NCBI GenBank assembly: GCA_051362555.1
Contig: CM120640.1
Span: 8,866,001-8,930,000 of the forward strand
Length of the DNA stretch: 64,000 nucleotides
Source: Lingula anatina
Lineage: Eukaryota; Animalia; Brachiopoda
Reading direction: 5' to 3'
The notes under the pieces were generated by a model that searched no databases, had not been told where the DNA came from, and saw only the letters and a list, made by a program, of their open reading frames with translations. This document shows positions 1 through 12,881 of this stretch, one piece after another (positions within the stretch are counted from its first letter, which is position 1; every line of letters starts with the position of its first letter). The translations under genes and the position numbers were made by a program.

Positions 1-55
1 TGTCTAACTAAGTGACAGATCATTCAAGTCATCGTACCGGACGTATAAGCACAAG
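1..55 (+). other. Probable non-coding 5' exon (3' end) of SLC37A4
   Basis: Strong donor AAG|GTAAGC at 53-61 in a CpG-richer stretch. The next good acceptor lies at 2318-2319, just upstream of the SLC37A4 ATG. Inferred, no transcript evidence. Confidence 0.35.
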
Positions 56-565
56 GTAAGCTAATGTGCATTATTCAGGGCATTGTTTTTGTTTGAAGCT
101 TCGTTTATAATGATTAAAAAAACATTGGGTTGTCAGTAGTGCTTTTTGAGGTGCGTCATTTCTTATTTGGGTAATAATGAAATCGTTTCTAGTTCCGTGA
201 TTAAACTAACAGAGTCAATAGATTTATGCACTTTACAGGGAAGATTATTTTCCTATTTTATTTGCTTGTCAAAATGCTTTTGCAACATTTTTTATGCGTA
301 AGAAACACGGTATGACTAGGACATTTTGTTCAGAAAGTCGTGCTCAGGCTGTTCTAGGAGAGGTCTGACAGATTGTTGGATACATTGAAAAGTTCCTGGA
401 ATACATTGTCCTATGTTCGTGAAAGTAAATGAAAGTTATTCGTTTCCAAATGTCGAGTTGTTTAAATCGTATAAATAGTTCAGAAAATGTAACTTAGAAT
501 CATTGAAGATAACGCATAAAATAGCCGACAACCTGGGCCTCATGCCATATGTGGACTGAAGATTT

Positions 566-874
566 CAGGGGCAGATCCAGGATTATTTGAAGGGGGGTCC
601 GCGGATGCAGAGCGCCCCCCCCCCCCCACACACACACACACACACATCCCACCCTTGGTGGAGGGCCCGGTGAAGTGCCCCGAATTTTTTTTTGGTATTT
701 TATAGACGAAGAGTGCCATTTGGTAGGCTACTGTTTAGAAGTATGATTCAGCTAGTCAAAATTCTAATTTCAAGAGGGGACCATTGGTGTGATTTTTTTC
801 AGAAATCGATAGGGGGCATGACCCCCCTGACCCCCCCCCCCCCCCCCCCCCCCCCCCCTCTAAATACGCCACTG
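566..874. mobile_element. Non-autonomous hAT-like (hAT5-type) MITE, copy 1
   Basis: Termini CAGGGGCAGATCC...ATACGCCACTG (imperfect TIR) flanked by a 5-bp direct repeat GATTT (561-565 / 875-879). The internal sequence (tatgattcagctagtcaaaattct..tttcaagaggggacca) is shared with 25455-25746. Confidence 0.7.
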
Positions 875-2348
875 GATTTGATTGAACATGCAACCCTGTA
901 AAGTACAACACATCTTCAACACTCTACCTACACAGACATACAAGTGGCGCCCCTGGTGTCGAATTTGGGTGAAGTGTTGGCATTAGAATGAATGGGTACC
1001 GTGATTTATGCAAGCTGTCCAACAGAAATACCGACTGATCTTGGCCCGGTAAGATGGTTTTATCAAGGGGTAAGGGAAGGATGGATAGCTAGCCCGTTGA
1101 TGGTTTGTTTGGATGGTGGTTTGATTTCTTGGATGTGGCCTAAATAGGATATCATCATTATCAGGTTCAAGTGCTGTTACTAGTTATCGTGCAGGGTCTG
1201 CTACATGTAGGTCCGTACGTACACAGTACAGCAAGCAGATAATATTTTTATTGCTGTAATATTAGTAAGTACAGTCTAAAGATATACGGCCCAGTGCCAC
1301 AAATAATTAAATTGCTTACATTGTAGTTGTGGTTTGCACAGCAAAACTTTCGTAGGGCCTATATAAGATAATAAATGTAAAAGTAAGGGGAGGGGATTAA
1401 TTATGAAGGGGGCTGAGGAAGGACAATTTAGATGATTGATAAGATAGTGTTAATTATTACATCCCACTTGAAACTTCATTCTTAATTTAGGTGAAGTAAA
1501 TACTGGCAGTCTCAGGTAAAAGATATACATACCATATATAATGCCATAGAATATGAGCAAGCTTGGACCTATTTAGGTCCAAGGAGCAAGTAAGAGATAT
1601 ACATACCATACATGATACCATAGAATATGATAAAAGATCAAACGGGCTTGTGAAAATGAACATTATAACATTCATTATCTTTTGGAGAGTATAAGTGCCC
1701 CCCCCCCCCTCCTCACACGCACCATATTTGACATGGCAGTTTATTAATTAGGCCACATGCCCCCCTCCCCCAACTTCACATGTATACCCTTTTCCCTCCT
1801 AGTGTAACACAGAGATGATATTTTTCCGAATAATGGTGGATTTCTGAATTTTTGGGAGTCTAAAATATTGGCCCACTAGCACTAATAGGTGGCCCCTAAG
1901 ACCCCACAGCATACATGTATATTTTGACTTTTTCACTATATAAATGGCCGTCCTCATCCCTGGTATCCATAATAAATAGTAGAAGGAGTAAAATCCTTGA
2001 TGGGCCACTGTTACATTTGTGATTGATGACATTTAGTCATATGGCTCATATCCTTTACATAGTTGCCATTGTTATCTGTGCCAATCCTTCTTCTACCACT
2101 TTGTGTTCTCTTCCTGGAATATACAGAATCCTGATCCTGGTAAGATGGGGGTGAATGCATGGGATGAATCTGTCCACATATTATGATTCTTATGTAGAAA
2201 TGTGTATATAAAATATATCTTTGTATGTAACAGTGTGTTATGTCACAGTGGTTTAGTTGGACCTCTGTCTATTTGTTTGAATTGTCATCATTTGTGTAAC
2301 TATATTTTTTATACATCAGCATATGCAGTGGATTCATCAACATTCAAG

Positions 2349-5300
2349 ATGGCAACAGAAAGGTCCCTGTTAGGCTACCAGATCTCCAACTTTGTAAGCA
2401 TGTACATAGGCTACGCCTTTTACATGATGAACAGAAAAGCTTTCAGTTTTGCACTGCCAGTAATGATAAAGCAAGAGGGACTATCCAAAAGTGATTTAGG
2501 TAATAATTAAATACTGCAGAATGATATAAGTTATTGAAGTAAGGAAGTAGAGGCTGCCTATTCAATCATATATTTAATACATATTATGATATTTTATTAT
2601 TAATTATTATTAATTTTGATTAAAATGTTTATTAAAATGTATACCAGCATGTTGTTGATATTTACTTTATTTTATAATTTTGTTCTAGATCAGTTTGTCC
2701 CCAGACAGCACGTTATATTTTCTACTTTGAGTTACTTTCTATGATAACAAAATTTGTGTATACTAGTTACTACTTCTTTTAAATAGAAACTTATACTGAT
2801 AATTTTTTATCTCTTTTTGTGCATAAATCCAGGTATGGTTCTAAGCAGTAATTATGTAGCCTACACAATTAGTAAGTTTCTGGCAGGTGTGCTGTCTGAC
2901 AAAATTCCACCCAATATTCTGTTCTCTGTGGGTTTGTTCTTCTCAGGTGTGGCTGTCACCATATTTTCAGGTAAGACTTCAATTCTCTTCATGGTGTTAT
3001 CTTTAATCATTGAATTATATGTTAGTTGTTTGTATTTTTATAATTTTAGTGAAGTACAAACCCTTTTGGGTTTCGTTATTTTGTATTGATCATTTTATTT
3101 GATAGAACATTTTCAGATAATGCAACTTTTGTTGCACAAATATCCACATATCCGATGTCCTTAAAAGTAGCATCTGTTATGAGATATTATTGCTTTTTTA
3201 TGAGCCTTCTTTTGTGTAAAGCTATAGTAAAGAGATGCAAATTAATATTTTTTATTTATTTTCAGAGACATCACAAGTATGGCTGTTTGTTGTATTTTGG
3301 TTTATGAATGGCCTGTCTCAGGGCGCAGGATGGCCCTCTTGTGTAAAAGTACTTAAACATGTGAGTCTTTTATTAATTGTGTGGAATCCAATTTATTTAA
3401 AACACAGGTGGATTCTGGGGTACAGTCCAAGCAAAACTATTAATGCTGCTTTTGTTGCTGTGATTTGGACCAACAACAGATATTTTCTAATTATTGTCAG
3501 TTGTTCAGATAATAAAACCAAACCAACACTGCTTTGATGCTTTTAATATTTTAATGATTTAAAAAAAAACAGCTAAAGCTGTATCACATACTTCACCAAG
3601 CAAAATGTAATTGAAATTCAAATTGCTAATATTTCAAAGGAATTAAATTTGCAGTAAGTAAATTTATGTTTTTTCTGAACAATGTTTTGTAATGATCCAT
3701 AGAATTGTAAATTAGAGATTTCTGAAAATAATTGACCTCATGTCCGAAAATGCAATTTTGTGATTATTATAACTAAATATGAAAAATCTTGAAATAATTC
3801 AAACGTAAGAAAGAGTGAAGTGTTTGAAAATTGAAACTAATTACAAGTAATAACTCAGTGTTATGTCGTGACTGTGATTGTGTCAGCGGTTTCAGTAACC
3901 CATGTTGTCACTGTACATGTTTAAATGGTTTCATTAACCCCTAGTGTCACTGTACATATTTCAGTGGTTTCATTAACCCATGTTGTCACTGTACATGTTT
4001 AAATGGTTTCATTAAACCCTAGTGTCACTGTACATGTTTCAGTGCTTCCATTAACCCATGTTGTCACTGTAAATGTTCCAGTGGTTCAGCCCAGCAACAT
4101 TTGGCACATGGTGGGGAGTGCTGTCAACCTCCATGAATGCAGCTAACAGCTTAGGGCCTTTTATAGCCATGTTTATCATGCTCCATTATGACTGGAGGTT
4201 TTATATGAAACTACAAGGTACAGTGTACAGCACTTGATAAACATATATGTAATATGGCAACTGTTTAAATTGCTGTTTCTTTATGCACAATGATTATTTT
4301 GAATGATTATAATTTAAAATTTTAAAAATACTTTTGAAATAAATAATATATTGTGCCATTTTCATTTTACATAGCCAGATATTGGCATATCTGTTCAAAT
4401 ACCAGTATTTCCATCTTACAAGGCTATAATCATGTTTTTATTGAACTGCAGGTGTAACAACATGTATATTTGCCATGATTGTTTTCTTTGCCATCAAGAA
4501 CTCCCCTAAATCAGTTGGGATAGACTATGATATACAGGGTGCTGCCTCAGAGAAGAAAGATGATGACAAAAAATCTAAAGGAGGTACAAAACATTAACTA
4601 AAAAAGCTTCAATAATTGTAAAAGACTTAGGTTTAGTTGTTAGCAACTACAAACACATTGCATAAAGGTTACAGAGCAGTTATCTATAAGATAAAATTAT
4701 GAACATTTCTTTTAAAAATAGCAGATTCAGTTTACTATCAATGTATGTGTTGCTGTATCATTATACTGAACAAAATTTTTGAAATGTGAAAATTTGAATA
4801 ATTTTAATAAGCACCACCTGAACTTTAAATACATATTGAAAGGCACATTTTGAATTCCATATTTCAGATTTTTTAGAAAATAGCACAGCCACATGGAGAG
4901 ATCTCATAGCCAGTCCATTTCTCTGGGTTATCTCACTTCTAATATTGTTAATATTGGGGACCACTACAGCTGTGATAGACTGGGGTCAGTTATATCTCAT
5001 ACAAGACAGGGAACAGAGCAACTATGTAGGTGAGTGGAGAATGGCCTTTTCTACATGCCAATATGAAGAAAAGTGAGAGCTACTCATGTTATAGGCTGTA
5101 CTAGTACACCTTCAACTTGTATTTCTGTATTACCCAGAATGTTTAAGCAAAATGGTCAAAATCAGCTCCCCCCCCCCCCCAAAAAAAAAAAATAAATAAA
5201 TAAATAAATAAAAATAATGATAATGCTTTAAGTAGATTTATACTCGATGATCTCAGCTCAACTAAATGATGATCCTGTAAGGTTTGTTTTTGGTACCAGT

Positions 5301-8300
5301 GAACTCCTTAAGGTTTAGAGCCATGTTCAAAGATGGTCTAACTTAGAACTAGATCTAGACTAGCATGTGTCAAAAGACAACCAGTTAGCTCATACAACTA
5401 CAACTAATTAGTGCATGTTAAAGTGACAACATTAGTACCACATGCCAGTCTGATCAGGGCTTTGGGTAGCGGCTAATGGCTCTCAGAAAAGCATTATCAA
5501 GTTGCAGAAGTGAGCATAAGTTTTGAAACATGACTAGTGTTAAGCCCCAAGTTGTATTCTTTAGCTGTGGAATACTGGGTACTTGTCACAACATTGTCCA
5601 CCTCTGCTACACATTGAGGCCTTTCAGAATTCAGTAATAAATGGCCATATGCTTGTATTTTTAACTTATGAAAATCGTGGTGGTGAAATCTGAACTTATG
5701 TGGTCTGTTGTTAATGTCTTATAATTGTGGTGGAGTATCAGAATGTAATATTATAATAACTGAAAAATGTTATTTTTTTGCTTGTCTTTAGGCAGCACAT
5801 TCATGAGTCTCTATGGAATAGGTGGTACAATTGGAAGTATTATACCAAGTTACATTGCTGATAGACTAGTGGCCAAGGTAAGACCCACCACCATTTTCCT
5901 TCAAATCCTTAAAAATCAATTGTTGTCAAGATATGCAGGGTTTTTGTTAATTTATTGAATAACTCAAGTAGGGTTTTATGTGGTAGTACTGATGATGTGA
6001 TTCTTCAAAGAAAAATTATATGGGACACCTTTACAGCTTTGGTCATCAGTAAAATCTCTGTTTGATATGTCAGGGTGCACAACATACATTATCATGTCTT
6101 TCCATGACTCAAATATTATGGTAGGCCTTAACTCATGCTAAAACATATGGAGGGCAAACTTAGCCAAGTGGGATGTATGGGCGGCGGTTTATACAAAAAT
6201 GCAAAACACGATTAGTCGTCGTCGTTATCAGATCAGAAGGCAAAATACGACTAGTAGTCGTCAAAACGCAACTAGTCATCAAAACGCAACTAGTCATCAA
6301 AACGCAACTAGTCATCATCAAAACGCAACTTGTCATCATCAAAACGCAACTAGTCATCATCAAAACGCAACTTGTCATCAAAACGCGATTTGACGCCAGA
6401 TGGCGCCCATTGTACGAAAATCTAGGCCAAGTCACATGATCCACAGTGATCAAAATGGCGGACGTTATTGAAGCAGCATTATCATATTCCTCGCTCGAAC
6501 TCGAGAATTATCTCGAGTTCGAGATATTATTATATATATAATATCATTATTAGATTGTACGCGTAGAGATAATTCTCGAAATAATGAATAATTAAATAAT
6601 TTATTAAATAATTTGGACATGTTATAAATTAAAAAAAAAACAAAAACACACACTTGTGAAGCACTGCTTTATTGTTGTACTCATTTCACAAGTTCCAGAT
6701 ATTATTATATATATAATATCATTATTAGATTGTACGCGTAGAGATAATTCTCGAGTTCGAGCGAGGAATATGATAATGCTGCTTCAATAACGTCCGCCAT
6801 TTTGATCACTGTGGATCATGTGACTTGGCCTAGATTTTCGTACAATGGGCGCCATCTGGCGTCAAATCGCGTTTTGATGACAAGTTGCGTTTTGATGATG
6901 ACTAGTTGCGTTTTGATGATGACAAGTTGCGTTTTGATGATGACTAGTTGCGTTTTGATGACTAGTTGCGTTTTGACGACTACTAGTCGTATTTTGCCTT
7001 CTGATCTGATAACGACGACGACTAATCGTGTTTTCATTTCGACTGATCTGATAACGATGACGACTAATCGTGTTTTGCATTTTTGTATAAACCGCCGCCC
7101 ATAGGGATGGCTCCAGCACTTGCCAAAGCAGAATTTGCACCAACACTGGCAAGTTGTTCAAAATTTCAGAATTTGTTTTGCACTTTGTAGTCTGCATTAA
7201 ATTGTATGATCATTATACGTCAAAATTCATGATTTTATATAAATAAATGTATAGCCTGCAATTTTAGTGTACGAGTTATATTTTCAGCAAAGTCCTGGTT
7301 CTACCTTTAACCCTAGATTGACTGTGGTGCTGGCGCTGAGTGCTCTCACTGTTAATTTCTTACACCTGTTTACCTACTGTGTCACTCCAGAGAGTTCACA
7401 GGTAAGAATTAGTTCACCTTTGTTTGTATTTAATCTTAGAAATCAATGTTGTAAAAAATCTAAATCTTGCATAATTAAACAAATTTTGTAAATCTTACAA
7501 GTTTGCAAGTTTAGAAATTAAGTTATAGTACTTTAATCAGAGTGTCAGTGTACAATCTTATGTAGCAATAAATCTCTTTTCTTAAATGCAAGTTGCTGCT
7601 GAAAGATTATTAAAGAAAACAATAAGCCTTTGTACCTGTAAGTACCTGTATTGCATATTCTAACATCTGCTAAGAGGCACAAGACATAATATAAATTTAT
7701 TATTAGGCAAAAGAAATAGTTTTTAGAATATTTCAAATAATATGATTTTTTATCAGGCTAAGATCTTTTTTTTTTAATCTTACCAGCTGTGGATCAGCGT
7801 GCTGGCCTTTGGCCTAGGGTTTGGACTGTACGGCAGTGTGGCCCTCCTGGGGGTGGTAGCTGTGGAGTGTGCCCCGCCCCACCTCAGCGGGACATCACAT
7901 GCACTGTATGGGATTGGATCTAATGGTCAGTAGGCTTGATATGAACTCTTAACATGTATTGTATATAACAAACTCTTTAAAATGTTTTATTAAAAACTAA
8001 ACCATTTGTTAAAACCAGAACCACTATCGGGCTTAAAAGTTTATTAAAACTACATAAAAGTTTACATAAAATTACATAACTACAGTAAACGTTAACTACT
8101 TCAACAAAGTACATCAACCCGTATGTTAATGATTTGCAACCCTTAGATACAGGTAGCAATATTACTAATTGCAGCTGTTCAAAATTCCCATTTACTAAGC
8201 GCAAATGTTCAAAAAAAACTAAGTTAACATTATGTACGCAAAATGTGTAATGCCAATGTAAGAGACGCCTTCCGCCCATATGAGGGACGGGAGGGTGGGA

Positions 8301-9031
8301 AAATCTTCGACGCTTATGCTTAAGCCGATTTTAATTGAAGCAAAATGGGCTCGAGCGCCCTTACACGCTGTCCAGCTTTAACGGCTGCCAGGCTCTAACT
8401 GCCAATTATTTTGAATGCGCCACGTGAGCTAGCTGACCAATCCCGAGCCCGCAGCCTAGGCGTCCCTCTAGTGGTGGTTTTAAATACCATTCCCAAAGGG
8501 AAAGGGTACTTAAAACCAGAACCACTATCGGGCTTAAAAGTTTATTAAAACTACATAAAAGTTTACATAAAATTACATAACTACAGTAAACGTTAACTAC
8601 TTCAACAAAGTACATCAACCCGTATGTTAATGATTTGCAACCCTTAGATACAGGTAGCAATATTACTAATAAAATAGTGATGTTGAACAAATAGTGTTTT
8701 AACAATTTATGTATAACCTGTGTTAACTTTCTTTAGATTTATCTATTCGTTGATTCTGAAAACCCGATTTATAAAAAAAATATTTTGGAACCTCTCTGCT
8801 TGCTGTTCAACTTTCTCACATTCAATCATTGTGTTATAAGAGCTCTATATATCTTTTCCAGTTGGCTCTGTGCTTGCTGGCTTACCTCTTAGCTACGTGG
8901 CCAAGTATTACAACTGGTCAGGAGTATTTGTTGTGCTGGAGGCAGTTGGGATACTCACAGTGGCCATATTGGTGGCTTGTAGGTGGATGAGCCATGTCAT
9001 AGCAGTAGACAAGAAAAAGAAGACGGACTGA
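2349..9031 (+). CDS. SLC37A4: Glucose-6-phosphate exchanger / G6P translocase (MFS), ~440 aa
   Basis: Spliced join(2349-2499,2833-2970,3266-3360,4082-4217,4452-4583,4868-5029,5792-5877,7288-7401,7787-7925,8862-9031). All introns are GT-AG and phases are consistent (1323 nt). Peptides GYAFYMMNRKAFSF, AYTISKFLAGVLSD, WFMNGLSQGAGWPSC, FGTWWGVLSTSMN, DWGQLYLIQD, APPHLSGTSHA and GLPLSYVAKYYNW match human G6PT. It ends KKKKTD*, a KKxx ER-retrieval motif like human KKAE. Confidence 0.95.
3888..4088. repeat. 39-bp minisatellite (alternating A/B units, 78-bp higher order) overlapping the exon-4 acceptor of SLC37A4
   Basis: Units start at 3888, 3927, 3966, 4005, 4044 and 4083 (ggtttcattaacccatgttgtcactgtacatgtttaaat / ggtttcattaacccctagtgtcactgtacatatttcagt). 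Confidence 0.85.
6176..7103. mobile_element. Foldback-type non-autonomous DNA element with ~340-360-bp TIRs containing 18/21-bp tandem repeats
   Basis: TATGGGCGGCGGTTTATACAAAAATG at 6176 is the exact reverse complement of the end at 7103. Arms are 6176-6514 and 6741-7103, with internal repeats CAAAACGCAACTAGTCAT(CAT). TA at both ends is consistent with a TA TSD. There is a 58-bp direct duplication in the spacer (6522-6579 / 6697-6754). Confidence 0.85.
8009..8670 (-). mobile_element. Split-direct-repeat remnant (161-bp repeat / 340-bp spacer / 161-bp repeat), possibly the B1-A2-B2 3' end of a Ngaro/DIRS-type retroelement
   Basis: 8009-8169 and 8510-8670 read identical by eye. On the minus strand the repeat carries AATAAA near its end, and the GC-richer spacer contains cccaccctcccgtccct. 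The repeat structure is seen directly; the family assignment is inference. Confidence 0.55.
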
Positions 9032-12000
9032 GGGTGGTGGGTTGGTCTGAACTTGACAGGTATTTCTTTAAGTATTTTCCACATTTCTTCAGTGATGATG
9101 TTGATTTACCCCTTGTATTATGAAGCATTTAACCTTGATTTGCAAAGTCAAACCTTGTATATTTTAAGTCATTTTGAAACTGCAGGGAGTGTACTTTATT
9201 TTTTTATTTTTGAAATTAAAATAACATTTTTTGTTATAGTTTGAATGTCTGTCTTATTCATTTGCCAGCTAAGATAGGTCAGTTGATACTGAATTTGCTC
9301 TTGCAACCCCTTAAGTAAGAAAGGAAGGATTTCATTGCTTATCTGTGTCTAATAAAGATCAGATCTTTTAAACTATGATGACGGCTGTTAAATACCCTGT
9401 AAAATGGTGCTTATGTGTTTTTTAATTGCATTTGCTTATAACTTTGTTGAAATACATTTATATTTATTGACTTATGACTTTTGTTCATAATGTCCCATTT
9501 TGATGAAAAAAAACATAACAGTGACAAAAAAATTTGTATATTGTTTGAACACTGTTTTATATTAATTGGCTTATTTTTGAGATTTTTTATATTGTATGGT
9601 ACTTTCATCCACATATTTGCTGTATGTATGGTTAATCATCAATTATGATCATTGCATTGTACATACATGTGAATGACCATATATTTGAGGCTTCCTTTCA
9701 CTGTAACCTTGTATGTCAGGTCTGCCATTTTAGTTTAAAATATGCAGACAGTGATAAAATCACACTTTTTATATTTATGCAGGGTGATAGGCTCTTTCTA
9801 CATCAAGCAGTACACTTAAGCAATACAATCTGTATCAGTACACCGTGAAAGGTCCTTACATGTAAATTATGCTGCTGTCAGGGGATTTCACTCCCTCTCA
9901 CAAGTTCTCCACAAATGTGCTATCAGCTTTATAGTAAAGATAAATCATTGACCATGTCAAACTCAGAAGCTCAATTTCATGTGTTGTGTCATAATTTCCT
10001 AGGGTGTCAAGGTGTACCAGTACAGACTTCATTGATAAAGTGTACTGCTGGATGTGAAAAGGGCTTTACTGAGCATGTACGGTTATTGGTTACAAGAAAT
10101 GAATGTATTATTATTATTATTATTATTTTAAGATTTTTAATTTTTGTGATTTGGATCACAGTTTTTTGTTCAAATGGAATGTAAGCACCAATTTTAAAGT
10201 CTTTAAGTCAGGTGAAGAAGATGAACTTATATTGCCAAGACATGAGCTTCCTTTCTTAGGACTGAGTATTTACAGGTTTTTGTTGGTTGAAACAACTTAC
10301 TATAAGTTGAATCTCCATTATTTATTGAATGAGTTCTCTTCATTCTTATATGTAAATGTATTGCTACTTAGGTTTTTTCAGTGCAATTAACCGAAGATCT
10401 TCAATGTGCTAGGTGAGACATGAACACATTCTTCACTTCACTGTGTTATTTTCACATTGAAATCACAATGTCATATTGAATAGAGATAAAGAAATTTAAA
10501 AAAAATGATTACTCAAGTTTGTTTATGGCTTTCATTTTTAGATAAAATGAAATCATCAGTGGAGTACAATTACAGTGTTTAGGTAATTTACCATGCTGTC
10601 CTGTTCTTTATAAAACTTACCTGTCACACAAGGAAGAGATTCTTTTAAACCATTATTTGTAGTCATTTTATTTTACAAGCAGTCCTTGTTCATAAATCAA
10701 AACAATCACTTTAAGTAGTGAGCAAAAGAGGAAAGTGTTTAAATTTAAACTACCATGAAAATAATGGATGCTAATTTAAGGGTTCTGTATGGGGAAATGA
10801 GCTTAAAAACACATTTCTGGGCTTTAACTGACTAATTGATATTTAAATATTTTTCTTTTCTTGAATAAGCAGACATTTTTACATTTTAATCAGAAAATGC
10901 ACCTTTTGTGAGATTTTTCTTATTCAACCATCACTACTGGTTACCGAGGCTCTTTTGTATAGGTGGTTGTAAAGATTGACAACAGTGGCAAACCTTCTTC
11001 TTAGTCACAATTGTCAGCTTATCCTTAGCTGTTGGGTGTGATATGAATAAAAGTTACAAAAAAGACCAAAACTTAAAAGTGCCATAAAAAATTTAATGTC
11101 ATCCCAATGTTGGAAAAATGTATAAAATTACAGCACAAAAAAAGTGAATTATGTTTCAAAGGCCCCAAAAATGTTAAAAAACTAAAGAGTTGATTATATA
11201 GTAAAATAATATAATATGTAGATGACTATCTGTTATCTGAAGCTTCATTCAGATAAATGTTTACACAAAGTGATTAGGCAACACTTATGCTATAGCAATT
11301 AATTATTGATGATTCTGCTCCTCATCCATCATACTTACCACATTAACAGAGAACAAAAAAGAATTGTAAAACTAAATCTTGGTATGTGGGCTGGAACTTT
11401 TTGATAATGTTTTGAAATGCAACTCAGATAAGTTGCTAAAACGAGATTTGTTTCATACTTATCTCTTCTGTAGAATTCTTTTGTTTTGTTTTATATCAGC
11501 TTTGATTGTATGTGTTCTACTTTGAGATTTTTTTTTTTTGCTATTGATTAAACAGGTGTTACCTGGTTAAATAAATTATCTTTATCAATTTCTAAATTCA
11601 ATTAATTTCTGTGGTCTGTGATTTAGTTCTCTTATTTCCATTCCATTGTGAAGAAAATGAAATAAGATCTAACAAACCAGCATTGATGTTGTTACCTCAT
11701 CCTGGTACGATATGTTTACAGCTGATGGATCCTTTATTATAATCTGCAGTATTAACCCTCGATGCCATGCCAACAAATGTATCCTGTTCATTGTGATGTT
11801 AATCAAAAGGAAGTGGAGACTTATAAGATAGGAGCAGAAAATAGCATTTCCATGAAAAAAAAAAACACAAAGAATTCTGGCTATTTGCTTAAAGTTTTAT
11901 TTATTTATTTTTCTTAGAAATATGAATGGCCATTACACAAATGTTCTTAGTTTTGAAATACATGTACCCCTAGTGCATAAATTGGTTGCTTTTCATTAAG

Positions 12001-12710
12001 TTAGATTAGAACAGATGGACAGGAGGGTTGTGCAGATAAAGTTTCAAGAACTTCAAAATATTTCAATGTACAAAGTTGCAATTTCTGTAGTTGTGTGCTT
12101 ATTGCAGTTAGGTCAACCCTTCTTTGTCCAGCCTGACTTTGCAAGTACCAGTAGTCTGATATTATTCTTAGTAAGGTCAGTTTTGGCAGCAAAGCATTAC
12201 ATACCTCAAAATTGGGGGTAGGGGGGGGGAGGAAAAAATTGACTACACTTGCTCTCTGTGGTCTTTTTTTGCTTACACACACCCTTTACAAAGAATAATG
12301 GTTGACCTATTTCCAGGGCAAACGTGATGTGATGTTGATTCTAAACCAGGCATGTGTATGTGCACGTGTAAACCTGATTTTTGTTATAAAATGTCATTTC
12401 ATCAATTGTGTTATTTCACATTAAAGATCATAGAAATTGTCAAGGAGGATAAAAATGATATATGATTTTAAGTGGTTTCCGTACTATTAAGTGGTGTGAA
12501 TGTTTTGCTGAATGGATGTTTTGTTAATGCACTACAAAAACACTGCTCTATTTTCTGTTTCTATTTCTATTTTGATCTAAATCTGTCTTTGCAAACTGTT
12601 GGCTCTTGTATGCAGGAGGGTTGATATACCTTTTTTAGCCTCTTGTTAAAACTTTTGATTTCATTTTCATTTTTATGAAAGTGGTATATTACATTTTTTC
12701 CAGGCTTAAT

Positions 12711-12881
12711 CAGGGGCTGACAGAAGCCATCTTCTGGTTCTTCCAGAGGATGGTCAGCATTTTTTAAGTTTGTATTGATGGGCATCAAATTTTTTCTTTT
12801 GGAAAATGGTCTGAAACGGAAGATGGATAAACAGAGATAATTTGGAAGACTGTCGGAAAATATCTCTGGATCCGTCCTCCC
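12711..12881 (+). repeat. Dispersed repeat fragment, copy 1 (MITE end)
   Basis: Aligns by eye with 39303-39459 (tcttctgg.tcttccag...gatggat.aaca.agataattt.gga..actg...gaaaatatctctggatccg). It ends in a TGGATCCGC..CTG-like terminus resembling the hAT5-like TIR. Confidence 0.6.

Noticed and set aside
6160-7197. Repetitive ORFs (MMTSCVL / IIKTQLV / HQNATS repeats) on both strands; the regular repeats superficially resemble a CRISPR array
   Set aside because: These are by-products of 18/21-bp tandem repeats within inverted arms. There are no unique spacers and no cas genes, and the context is a eukaryotic intron.
7977-8705. Two ~100-aa ORFs sharing LVILLPVSKGCKSLTYGL...
   Set aside because: They are simply translations of the 161-bp direct repeat; non-ATG starts and no recognisable domain.
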